Below are positions 1 through 12,232 of a stretch of DNA of 64,000 nucleotides, in pieces. Source of the stretch: Parasitella parasitica NRRL 2501. Its lineage: Eukaryota > Fungi > Mucoromycota. Position numbers and translations under genes: made by a program. Every line of letters begins with the position of its first letter. The stretch's first letter is position 1. The stretch covers positions 261,970 through 325,969 of the forward strand of contig MU619238.1 of assembly GCA_025201805.1 (NCBI GenBank), in the 5' to 3' direction. The notes beneath the pieces were generated by a model, which ran no database searches, was not told the origin of the DNA, and saw only the letters and a program-made list of their open reading frames with translations.

Positions 1-152
1 ACCTTTACACTCTTGTTGTCAAGGACAAGTCCAAGGCCAACAAGCTCAGACAATCTCTCCCTCCTGGTAAGCTGGTGATATTACTATCATTTCGTTAAAT
101 CAAATGTCGCTAACACAAACATATTTCAGCTCTCGCTGTCAACGAGATCTAA
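1..152 (+). CDS. RPL38: 60S ribosomal protein L38, 3' end (partial; intron 67-129)
   Basis: Spliced translation LYTLVVKDKSKANKLRQSLPP/ALAVNEI* matches the eL38 C-terminus; GT-AG intron with a GCTAAC branch site; TAA at 150-152. Confidence 0.92.
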
Positions 153-365
153 TTAAGATTGATTTTTTCATCTTAGATCTAGTAGTGTGTTCGTTTTTTG
201 CGCCATACAACAAAAAGGAAATACATATACATTTTTGAATAAAAAGATGCTAGAGAAGGAATTCTTTTGATTTTCTTTTTGATCCAGATGTATATATTAT
301 GAATAATGTCTAGTTTCTTTATTTACATGAATGTTTGGTGGAAGTGGACGCAAACAAGAAGGCCA

Positions 366-1363
366 TTAAATGGCCACTTTTTCTCTATGGTTGCGTACAG
401 GAGATGCAGCAGTATTGCTCTTTTGTAATTCTTGTTCCACTAGTGAATACTGTCTGGTAATCTTCTCAATAGACGTTTGTACGGGTAAATTACATTGAGC
501 TACGAAAAACGGGTCAATATAGACTGAACATGTTTGTCTGTAGAACCATGTCAACATACCCAACAAGATTTGGTCGACTCGTTTAGCTAATTCCTCTCTT
601 CTATTTTGACCTAGCAAATGGCTCGATTGAGATTGGTGAGGGTCCGCATAAGCAATGAGTGCCGTTACTTCCTTCACTTGCTCTGTGGATCGGCTGTTGA
701 TGGGCTTTAAATGAGTTTGTGCATAACGTATAGCTTCAATTGTCGAAGAAGAGGTTCGGATAATTTCTATAAAACGTTGGCATTTCAGTTGAAACAAGAT
801 ATCCTGTAGTTCAGCAACTTCTGGTCTGTTGTTGGGCGGTAGGATGCCATTCGGTATTAAATCTTGGGCAGCAAGGATAGGAAAGTGTTTTTTTATTAGA
901 TCAAATGCCAATACAATGTCTCCTTGTTCAATGGCATTAATCAAGCCTATGTGTATATATAGTTAAGAGGTCTTTTTACGGTACATGTATAAAGATCTTA
1001 GTGAATCGAACAACGACTACATACTTTTTCTTGCGTCCAGAAAAGTCCATTGGCTCTCTGAATGAATTTACATGCAATGAAAGGATCATGGATCAGCCAT
1101 TTCATGTGCATTTTTCAATAAATATAGTCTACGTACCATCTTCCTGATGACTCGGTGAGACTGGATGCATATACATGTGTGTTAATATTTCCGTGGGTTC
1201 TTGTGTAAATGCTAATAAAAATTCCCTTACGTTTGCCTGTTCGACCGATCTTTGTGCATTGTTCAAGTTTATTAGCTTCTTTCAGCAATGCTTTTGCAGT
1301 ATTTTTAAAGCAGTTGTGCATAAGGTATTCAAGGATTATGGAATGACATTCTGAATCCATCAT
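366..1363 (-). CDS. LisH/CTLH/CRA-domain protein (GID/CTLH complex, Gid8/RanBPM-like), multi-exon
   Basis: N-terminal LisH-like IILEYLMHNCFKNTAKALLKE; CTLH-like INAIEQGDIVLAFDLIKKHFP...LFQLKCQRFIEII; CRA-like ALIAYADP...LL...REELA; GT-AG introns. Confidence 0.82.
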
Positions 1364-2717
1364 ATAAGTGTATTTTTGTATCTAAGAGATTAAATTGAAA
1401 AGAAAAGTAATAAGTAAAGAAAATGACGGTTATCCATGGTAATATTCTGATTGGCATCACATGACTCTTCCGTTGGAATTTGATTATATGCCATAAACTT
1501 TCAAAATCGGATTAAACGGAGAGGTCACTTGCGACGACGGTTTGTTCATCATTTGTGTCGCATGTCATGATTTACTACTTTAAATGACTTAAATCAATCA
1601 CAAATTGCGCTTAATCATAAAACCCTGTAGGTAAACCATAATGCAGGAAGAAAACTTTCTCAAGATCAATCATGTGAGAAAGATAAAACTTATTTGAATA
1701 ATACTGACTCATTAATGCTTTCATACAAACTCTAATATCTGCGTCGCTAGTATCTGCGTCTAATCACGCGTATCCATGGCAATCAACTGAACTGGAAGCA
1801 TTATTTTTTGTGCAAACATTTGTGGCATTTAAATTATACTTTTGGTCAGAATACTTCTCCAGGAACCTCAACGCAATTACTAATTAACCATCAATAGACT
1901 GTAGATACTGAATTTGCTGCTTCATATGGCATTTTTTTTTTGTAGCCCTCAAAACTCTTTTTGCAAGGATAAAAGTAAAAAACATGGAAACCGAAATCTG
2001 CTCAAAAGTCGATCAATCATGTAGAAATCATGTCTTTTTTTTTTTTTTCATTCAAAGGATGTAGGGATTACATGCTTTAGTGGAAACCCCGTTTTAGGCG
2101 TGATATTTTCAAATTAGTCCAAACCCTTATGAATGCTCTACCTTGGATAAACAAATACCCTACATTAACAGTAGAAAATATTTTTAAAATACATAGTGTG
2201 GGTTTTAACTGTTTGTATATATTGTTTTTTACCCTCGCTTTCGGGCGTTATTCCCGCCCAGACCTCCAGACAACCTTCGCTTTGCTTCTGCCGCAATCCC
2301 ATAGGATTTGCTTTACCTTTCCTTGGTCTTCCTGTGCGATTTTTATTCCCTTCGTTCCCTCCATATTACTTTGCTTTGTTGGTGTACAAATCTTAATTAA
2401 AGGCAACTACGATATGATTAAGTTCTATTTGATCAAAATTTTAATATGCCATTGTTTTTACTACGTTTTTAGCTAGTTCAAGGGCAAGTATTTATACAAA
2501 TTCAACGCACAGATAGGTGAAATCCTTAACCATCATTTCATCTGGTCTATATTTGGCAATCAACCATTATCTAAAAATAAGTGTAAATTACTTGGGAAAC
2601 CAAAACCAAATGTAGCATATCACTTAAGACACTATTCAATATTTACATGCCCGAGCTTTTCATTAAGGAACGATAAATAGTATTCACCTCTTTTTTCTTC
2701 TTGAGTTCGAGAGTCTC

Positions 2718-3390
2718 TTGGCTAGCGTAGATCTTTTGATCTCCCAGTATTTATGCGATGAGGACAACTTTTCGCTGGATGAAACAAGACGATATGTAGC
2801 TGGGCATCTTTGCCAGGAGAAGAACTCTCAATTTATTGAGACGTTCTCTCCTCCAAAGAAAACTCAATATACTTCTTGGACTGTATTCCTTAAACAAGAG
2901 TACAAGAAGTATGCCGATGAAAAAAGGTCAAATAATGAAAAAGTTGACAACATTGGGAGAATGCAAAAAGTCTTCAAACCGAGATACAAGGAGATGAAGA
3001 CAGAAGACTCTCATGAATATCAGCAGTTGGAACAGGAAGCCAATGATCTAAATGAGAACATGCCTGGGGATTTGCCTGTCCGTAAAACATTTTACGACAG
3101 ACATAAAGAAACTGAAAAAAAGCCTGTCATACATGCACAACAATTATCAAACATATTTCATTCTAGCCCATGTCAATAATACGACAAGGGACTTAACGTT
3201 CCCAAGTGCTGTCATACACAGTGGAGGTATGATGATAATTAATAAAATCTAGGTCTTTAAACAAATGACTGGCTCTAATCTCTTCGGTAGGTGCTGCTAC
3301 GATAGCCAAAGATAAAATTGGCGCGCATGAGATGTCGATGCTAGGTTGTCTTACGAGAAATGTTTTCTCGTATACTGCAGGACAAGGTAT
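2718..3390 (+). pseudogene. Degraded ORF with an HMG-box-like helical segment, probably transposon-derived
   Basis: YTSWTVFLKQEYKKY...RYKEMK...EYQQLEQEA resembles HMG-box helices; TTG start only; the reading frame shifts near 3085 (ORFs 2718-3179 and 3052-3252 overlap); adjacent to other relics. Confidence 0.4.
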
Positions 3391-3419
3391 GTCATAAGTA
3401 GACTATATTTTACATAATA

Positions 3420-4095
3420 ATGAACGATGATACTGTTAAGAGCATAAAAGCTTGATAATTTTGTCATTTTTTGCGCATGAAGAAACTAGTTTTACTTACA
3501 GGTGTCAATCTTTATAGGATCAAACATTACAAATCATTTATATCTTTCTGCATCAACAGAATGGTCAGACGGAACGAAACCAGATGTTCTGTATGTACCT
3601 ATCGACGTTAGTGATGATCAACCTCCAATCCTCATTGAAATCCAAAACATCGTTGATCAAGCATTCATGATAAGGTTAATCCAATACTGTGCCCGTGTGT
3701 CTGAATGTTACAAAGTATTGCCTGTGGTTCTTGTATTCGTATTTGTAAAGTTTTCTGGTGAAGAATTTGAAAAAAAAAATTGTGACAAAAGTCAATGCAC
3801 CATATTTGCTAGAAACTCCATGTGAATTTTGGGCTCAGGCGGCAAACTTTATTACTTCAAAATCCATATCAAAGTGGGCATGAATCAGCTTGTGGCACTT
3901 GCCTACTTTACCACCTGCCAATCTGCAAGCTCAAGTTCATTAGAATTTGCTGACGATTCAACCGTACGCTTTTTATACTCAATTTGCAAGACTAACATGA
4001 AGAAAAAGGGAGATGGTAAAACAATTCAAATTATCGAAATTATCGACCAAAGCGCAGAACAAATAAAGAAAGCTATTGAGTTAGACGAAGGAAAT
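3420..4095 (+). pseudogene. PD-(D/E)XK nuclease-like gene relic (Rpn/YhgA-like D...EIQ motif), two frameshifts
   Basis: TEWSDGTKPDVLY...PILIEIQ...FMIRLIQY...LPVVLVF; frameshift in the poly-A near 3770-3780 (next frame PYLLETPCEFWA); second shift near 3875 (LVALAYF...DDSTVRFLY). Confidence 0.55.
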
Positions 4096-4249
4096 CCTAT
4101 CCTGACAGATATTTTTCTGCCCGAAAACCAGATTTGACCTTTTACCAATGTTAGTTTGTCTAAAAAAGTGAACTTTGTCCAAAAAAGTCTACATCTTCAT
4201 TTTAGATTCGTCATCTAAATTTTGCAAGTATTATTTCTAGTCTCCTCCA

Positions 4250-4750
4250 ATGTTATTTATAATACATTTTCCCGCGAACAAACCGAGAAGAAAAATGCAG
4301 AATAGTCGATATTTATCAGCAAACACTACTAATGCAAGCAGCTCTCGAGCTAGCTCCATACACGAGGATCAACAGCAATTTTTTGCATCCAAAGAAGAGT
4401 GTCGTCTCAAGACAAATAAAGCTTTTGATGATTGGGAAAATGTGTTGAAAGGTCTAACGAAACCGTCTCAAACACACGATGAGACACTCAAAATTGCCAA
4501 ATTATTCACCCAAGTTGATTCACTATCTAAAAATACAACACTTTCCATGGAAAAGACTAGCAAGACATTGGATCGATTACTTGACAAGTATATAAAAACT
4601 GCAGTAGTCTATGTGTTTTTTTAATATGTAACATTTCTTTTTAGAAAACTAAGCATTCTAGCAGCCGTAAAGGATTTTAACGACATACAAGCGTCATTGG
4701 ACATCAATGCTATTTCTCGAAAGCACTGGTTCATCAGTCAAGAATATTAA
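4250..4750 (+). pseudogene. Truncated hypothetical ORF fragment, likely repeat-family debris
   Basis: 124-aa ORF, apparent intron near 4600-4645, then stop codons; follows an abrupt junction near 4095. Confidence 0.25.
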
Positions 4751-5506
4751 GAGGCAGGGAGTACAAAGAAGGTGGTCTGTTCATAGTTTTGTAATCATGC
4801 ATATGCCATTATGATTTCATTTTTTTCCAGCTTGTTCTCTTTGTTATCAATGTCATCAATATAATCATTCATACATATTTTTTTTTAAAAAAAAAAAAAA
4901 AAGCTCGTGGTATATAACCAACAACCTACATACGTGCAATCATAGGACATTTCTTGATCTATCATTGCCAAGATTACCATACATATTCTATAAACGGATT
5001 GGGCAGAAGGAAAATGACTTGTTCTCGCTCCTGGCATCTTGATTAGTCTTATGATATGCGATTTTTACAAGTTACTACGCTCTCTTTTTTTATCCTGGAC
5101 ACTCATAATGAAGGAGGATATATTATGGTCTCGTAAGGAGGAGTATAGCAATGCCAGGGGTATACAAATGAATTATAACTGCTGAAAGAGGGCATCCAAC
5201 AATAATATAGCCGCGCTTGTTCTGGTAGGTTAACCCACATAATGGAAGCCACCAAAACAAGAAGGATGACTCACGCAATTTCTTTTTTTGAAACAATCAT
5301 GTTGGTTATTTATAATAATCCCGAATGTTCAATTATTCAAGCTCTTTCTTTCTCTTTTCTTCTTTATTATACAGCGATAATACAATCCTCCTCTTTCTTT
5401 TTCCCATTATAATAGCATGCTTTTTAAGCCTATTATTATTCACATTTTATAATTATCGAAACTACATAAACCTCACTATTTAGCTTTAAACAACATATAG
5501 AGAAAG

Positions 5507-7537
5507 ATGAACTCTTTCAACCAGATTCAAGACTACCCCGACGAATATAACACTATTCAACAAAATCTCATTGATTTATTAGATTCTACAGAAATGGATT
5601 ATTACTTAAACGATAAAAGCCTAGCACCACTTAGAAAAGTACCTGTGTGCATTGCTGCTGCTGTATACAGAATGTCTGCTGGGAACTGCATGCCATGTAA
5701 GCATTTTTTGAGACTTTTTTCTTGTTACAAAGAGGGCTAAATCAAGCTTCTAGATACAGGTAAACAAACACAAAATGGTAAACCGCTTCAATTGAACGGT
5801 TATCAGAGAAACGAATCACCTTGGGAGAGCTACAGACACAAGAAAAAAGCCGAAGATGCGTCCAGCTGCTCCACACTGGAGGATTCCACATGTTCTTCTC
5901 GCTCAGATTCTCCTGAACCGAAACGTCATTCCACTAAAAAACGATCGTACCATATGCTATTGCGTGAAATCCGTCGCTTACGAGGAGAGAATGCTTCTTT
6001 GCGCACCAGCGTCTCTGTGCTCAAGAATGATCTCCGTGATATTACCCTGTCTCGCCAAGATGCAGATGCATCTCACAAGCGATTCTACGATGAATACCTC
6101 GACAAAAACACTCAATTAGAAATCGACGTGATGGATCGCGACGACGAAATAGCCCACTTGAAGCAACAGATTGAAGATTTGCACCTCTCCTTGGATTCTG
6201 CTGTTGCTGCTGTTGCCGCTGATGGCGGCTGTGGTAGCAGTAGTAAGAGTAGTGCCAATGCAAGCTATTCAAATGGCGATGGACTAACATTGCACGATGC
6301 AGCCTACTTCAAACGCAAACACTCAAACATCTGGGGGTGTTTCGAGTTTGAAGAAGACGAAGACGAAATGTCATGCCAACCTGTGGCGCTCGATTCTGCC
6401 CTGCCAGAAGTTAATGTTAAAATGGATGAAATGGATAAATTCAAGACTCAAGACGACCAAGAGGTGAACGACTACTTTCACAAACGTCTTATGGACCAAG
6501 ACGATGAGATCGTAAATCAATTTGCCCACAGCCAATATGGGCTAAACGCCGATGAAGACGATGAAGATGGTGAAGACGATGCACAAGATGACCAAGAACA
6601 ACTACTGTTTGATCAAGTAGCAGCATCTTACATTCACCAGGCAATTCTCTCCAAATTGTCAAGCGCTCGTGTGAGACTAGAGTTCGACGACTTGATTGTC
6701 AAGCACGAACCCTCGTCAGACACCATTGCCTCTGTTTTGGCCCATTCGTTCGTGCAATGGATGTGCTCTTTACTAGTCAAGTTTGTAGACAAATCAGCTG
6801 CCCAGCCTACCACCGCTACCAAGGTCTTTACTACCAAAATCCAAACTGGAATCGTCGAGTTCTGGGAATCGATTCTACAGCACTATACGACTGATGATGA
6901 AAGCCAAATACAATTTTTAAACCACATTGAGACGGAACTCAACCACACCGCCTCTGCCGTAGCCATTGCTGACCACTTTGACCGGTTAATTCTTCTGCTC
7001 TACAAATACCATGTGGTTGATGACGAAGCAGTGGTGTCATGGTGGCAACACCCGTTCAAGAATGACGTTTCAAACAAAATCCGCAAAATCACCACTAAAT
7101 TTGTTGACTGGGTGCAAGATGAGGATGATTCTGATGAAGAGGAGGAAGACGATGAGGACGATGAGGACGATGAGGATGTTGAGGACGTTGAGGACATCAA
7201 CGACATCGCTACTGCCGAGTACGATTATGACGATATTGAAGACGATCAAGGGTCCAGCTTTGCCGATTCTCCTCCCATCGTGGTGCAAGACCAGCATGTC
7301 CAAGATGGGTCCGATGGTGATATGCCGATGAACGACCATTCAATAGACGATCTGCTGATTTCGAAAGACCGTGAATTATGTGTTTGTCGCTTAGACAATG
7401 ATACCACCCCTGCTACTACCACCGCCGCCACTCTCGCTGCCCCCACAAACAAACATGAGCCGCTTGCATGCTCATGTAGTACATATACTCCTCCCCCAAT
7501 CGAAAAGAAAAAGAAATCTGTTCGTATAGTCATGTAA
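5507..7537 (+). CDS. Coiled-coil protein with a C-terminal eIF2B-epsilon-like HEAT/W2 domain (intron ~5697-5752)
   Basis: The intron GTAAGC...TTCTAG joins ORF 5507 in frame to ORF 5792; heptad coiled coil LLREIRRLRGENASLRTSVSVLKNDL; W2 aromatic/acidic boxes LYKYHVVDDEAVVSWW and KFVDWVQDEDDSDEEEED. Confidence 0.8.
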
Positions 7538-9309
7538 ATAACACTTCCTTCCACCAACATCCTAAATATCAACCCCTTCTTCTAAATTCGAACTTGGCAA
7601 AGAAAGCTAACTGCTTTTCTTGCTCATCCCACATGTACTTTTTTTTTTTCTCAATAATATTATTTGTCTTTGCTCATGTAATGTAACGATAAACTCGTTT
7701 CAACAAAAGAAAAAAAATCGTTTCAAGCTTACTCACGGACAGGGCGTCGCTAATAGCCCACAGTCTGGTTATAATACATATTCCCACTGTTGTTATGCGC
7801 CGATGTAGCTTAAATTTATTTTGATCAACGTGTCAATATGGAAGTATCCGTTCAATCTCTGTTGACAAATACAAGCACATGTAGATATCAAACAATCAGA
7901 TTCCGTCGTTTGTATATCAACGGCATTGTTGGATGTGCTATTCTGACTCAATCTCTTGTGTAATAAGCAATTGTTCTAGGCAGGGCTTGATACTACTTGT
8001 AAAATATTTGAATTATATAAAGAATATTTGCGCAGTGGAGAATAGGAGACACTGAGAATTCGAAGCTAAAATGCCCACTTGTAGACATTAAATGATGATT
8101 TAGCCTTTATAATTATTTGTGGATAAGACATTTTTTGCCCTCTGGTCTAGCTATATGTATGTTTGAGATACACAAGGTCCAAAACTCAATAGGCGAAATA
8201 AACAAAGCGTTGATAATGATTGATTTGAGCTGAAATGAGCAACAACTTGCCAAATGCTATTAATCCACTTGACTTTGCCGCAAATTCTTCCGTTGCACCG
8301 CCACCGCGCAGCCGTTTTTTTTTTCTTCTTTACTGGGGGATTGCCATATGGCAATAAAGCTTCGCAATTATACAATTTCCCATAAACGTTTAAATAAAAA
8401 AAAAAAAAAACCATGCATGAACTAAGGGACTTTTGTCCCTTTGTTGATCTCGGACCTTGCAAATATAGTGATGATGAACACAGCATATGTTTCTTAAAGG
8501 GTCTTTATTTCTCTAAATTGACAACAGACATAGGTGCATTACTTACATGTTCTTAAAAGAGAGTTTTTGTTGCTGAGCCAGTGGCCACAAATCCAGGCGT
8601 TTTATATTAGAGAAAGAGAGCGCATGTCATTTTCCCCATTCTTCTCTTTCTGTACTACATTTGATATGATAGCGCTATTACGATATCATTATTTGTTTGG
8701 ATGACAGCAGAGTCTGTCTTTCTGATCTATTAAACAATTGCTACTAGCGTTAGATTAAAAAAAGCATAAGAGATAAGCGACGTTTTTCTTTGTATGAAAT
8801 CAAACCTATATCTATATAAATCTTACTCAATATCTTTTTGATCTGATTATTATATTCTCCAAAAATTTTCTATACGCGCACTTGCACAATATGCACAGTG
8901 AATGCGGATACTCGGACCGCAGCTAAAAAAGGTAAAAGGCGGGAATAACTATTACGACTTCCACTGTAAATAGAAAAGGTTTACGCACACGCATGGTTGA
9001 TATACCTAAAAGCATTGGGGGTTCTCTCTCTCAAAAATGATGCGCGCAAGAAAGCATCCCGTCGCAGATAAACGTTTAGATTTTCTCTAGTCTGGCTTAG
9101 CGTAATTAAAAGCATTTTGTGGATCATTGTTACATTGAACACAAGAAATAGGAATAATGCCCATTTCCCGCAGCACCCCCCCCCCAATGCAACATCTCTA
9201 CAGATAGTTGCTTAGAATCAGAGGTTTCAAAAAATATATAAAAAGCACCTTAAATTCGTTTCCCTTCTTTCTTTCTTCTTGAGTTATACACACATAAACA
9301 TATTTTAAA

Positions 9310-9834
9310 ATGACAGAATTATACAGCAACTTTTATAACAATGAGCAATTCTCTTATCATCAATTAACTTTGCCTCAAGACAAACCTCAGCGTAGACTCT
9401 CATTCTCTACATTGCTACAAAAGAGACCCAGCTTAATGGGTAGAAAAGTTAGCATCTTTGGACGCCAAAAGAAACCAGTATTAAAATTGGTGATTCCATC
9501 GACAGTACAAGAGTCATCCAGTCTTTCCAGAGTCAACACTGCCATGACAGGCTCAAGTATGACTACAGATGAAGATGGTCCCGAGACACCTACATCTAGT
9601 ACAGCCCCTACTTACAAATACCAAGAGAACAGAGCTTCCACTGTATCATCCGTTGATCTTGAGACTGCAATTACTACACCCTCTGACTCTTCAGCCGGTC
9701 CTCTGATGGATTATTCTGGTAAAGGATATTCGAACTTTTATATCAAGCTACCAAATGGCAATTGGATGGTACGGATCAGAGATAGTAATCGCAAGATTGT
9801 TGGTACTTACGAAATCAATGGATCTATGATCTAA
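9310..9834 (+). CDS. Hypothetical Ser/Thr-rich protein with a compact C-terminal beta-rich motif
   Basis: Intronless 174-aa ORF; AAAATG start context; TATA-like ATATATAAA ~70 bp upstream; C-terminus GKGYSNFYIKLPNGNWMVRIRDSNRKIVGTYEI. Confidence 0.7.
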   Translation: MTELYSNFYNNEQFSYHQLTLPQDKPQRRLSFSTLLQKRPSLMGRKVSIFGRQKKPVLKLVIPSTVQESSSLSRVNTAMTGSSMTTDEDGPETPTSSTAPTYKYQENRASTVSSVDLETAITTPSDSSAGPLMDYSGKGYSNFYIKLPNGNWMVRIRDSNRKIVGTYEINGSMI

Positions 9835-10798
9835 GCATATTAGTCAAGATATATATACCCTCTCCCTCCTTTCCATACAATATCATACCATTTTCAACGC
9901 ATTTGTACATTTCATTTATCATTTAAATATATATATATATTTATATATTTATATATATATCACTCAAACAACTATTTTAATTTCTTCATCGTATGCAAAT
10001 AAAGATTTCTTCGTTACACTGCAAAGATGCTTGGGATAAAGTTGGCACAATTTTATGCAGGTGGAAAGAAAGAACCTATTTCACCATTAAATGGTGTTAT
10101 TGAGTTTCGCTAAGCATACAAACATGAATTAGTAAGCTGAAGTTGTCTTGGTAAATTATAAACAATCAGCAAATGTGATATTTATGCAATAATATATACA
10201 TCTGTAGCACTAATTAAGTCCCTTGAAGGATTGATTGATTTTTTTTTTCATAACAAAGCAAAATGATTTTATATTATTGAAGATTGATCTATGATAAGGA
10301 GAGAAACTACTTACACGATAAACTAACGATGAATCATCTTTGCTGGTGCTACAGTTGCGATGGATGGTTTGACATTTATTTATTGTAGTTTAGTGAAAAT
10401 ATAAAATTCTAAAGCATACTGCATACAACATATTATTGCATAATCAGCCTTTTCATTACGTTAAGGGACCAACATGCTTATATACAATTCAGTAGTTCAT
10501 CATGAAAGGAACCCCATATCTTACTTCATTTTATGACGAATACAGACCCTGACGTAGTTTGCGCCACGGAACAATGAAGCCGAAAACAAAGAGATGTGAT
10601 GTTTTGAATTATATATCATTAAATCATGTGTTTTAATAAATTCAAACGGTCGCAGTTGCAGCAACATCAAGCAAAAGTAAACTGCATATCATTGTGAAAT
10701 GTCGTGTGATTGGCCAAATGTTGAAAGCAAATGGGAGGCTTGATCGTGCCAACTTTTTTCGTTCTGGTTTACAGTTCTTTTTGTAATATACCTATTCC

Positions 10799-12232
10799 AT
10801 GAGTTTCCTTGATAGCATCATTCAAGAGGAAGTGTCTAAAAAGCGCAAAGCTCTAGAAGCCGCTAGTAAGGAAAGCGACCCTGGCAAAAAGGTAAAATAT
10901 GTTAGCAGAGCTGAACTTGAGCGCATCCGTGAAGAAGAATATAGACGCAAAGAGGAAGATAGAGAGGAAAAAGAAAGACAGGTAACCATTTAGTATTCTG
11001 CTGTTAAAGCTTTCCTTATTTTTTTTACTGATACGCAATTTATATAGAGAAAGGCTCGTTTAGCCGAAGAAGAGGTAGCATGGAAATTTGTTTGGTCATC
11101 ATTTACAACTAACCTCGTTCAACCATAGACAAAGCGAAGAGATTTAGCGAGACAAAATGCAATGACAGATGAAGGATCAAAAGATAAAGAGACTGTAAGC
11201 TCTGTTGATTGATCCATATGAAACTGAAATTTAAGTATTGCATGTAGGAGCAAGTAATCGAAGCATTCAACATATCAAGAGAGGAATGTGTACGTCGATT
11301 ACGGGCAATGGGCCAGCCCATCAGATTATTTGCGGAAACAGACAAACAATGTAAAGTTCGTCTTCGTGCATTAGAACTGATGAACGAGGAAGCAGGGGTA
11401 AACTATTTTGATTATATTTGATACATTGATTTATATGGAAGATCTAAGTTGGTATTTTCGGTACAATTAGGAACAAGGCCGTAATGAATTCATGAAAACT
11501 TTGGAAGAGATGGAAACAAATATGCGTCTTGATGATTTAAAGCAGAAGGGCGGTGTTAGTGAAGAAAAAAAAGTTAAGAAACCAACACTGGACGTAGAGC
11601 CAATTCAATTGGAATTGATCTCGACTGATATTGACAGACTTTATTCTCAAATCCATGTTTACTTTACTGTAAGTACATGATAGTGCATAACAATTGCATA
11701 CGACTTGGTTATTTATTTTGCTTAAAAAACACATACAGCATACACTGGGAGAATGGGAGGAATATATGGCAGATCGTCCAGAAGAAGAAAAGAGGACTGG
11801 TTCAGGCAAAAAAGCTGCTGTTTTACAGAAACAAGCTGCTGAATACATTAAACCTTTGATGCGTCAACTTAAAAACAAATCACTGGAACCCGATGTTTTG
11901 GCCCGTGTTGCAGAGATTGCTCAAAGAATGCAAGTCAGGCGCTATAGAGATGCTCAGGATGCCTATCTTCAATTATCTATTGGTAACGCTCCTTGGCCTA
12001 TTGGCGTTACTATGGTTGGGTAAATGTTGTGTTGATACGAATTGATATATATTGTAACGCTGATGTTTTGTTTAGTATTCACGAACGTTCTGCCCGTGAA
12101 AAGATTTCATCCTCACAGGTTGCGCATGTGCTCAATGATGAAACTTCTAGAAAATGGATTCAATCAGTGAAACGCTTAATGACATTTGCACAAACAAAGT
12201 ATCCTCCATATACTCTCAGTCAAATTTCATAA
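10799..12232 (+). CDS. PRP18: Pre-mRNA splicing factor Prp18, multi-exon
   Basis: SFM/PRP4-like [16 protein letters not shown]; Prp18 signature [30 protein letters not shown]...[24 protein letters not shown]. Confidence 0.95.

Noticed and set aside
1429-1443. X-box-like palindrome GTTATCCATGGTAAT upstream of the LisH/CTLH gene
   Set aside because: Single imperfect match; cannot be supported without conservation data
2718-3179. HMG-like ORF as the Mucorales mating-type gene sexP/sexM
   Set aside because: No flanking tptA or rnhA genes, no clear MATA-HMG signature, frameshifted and embedded in repeat debris
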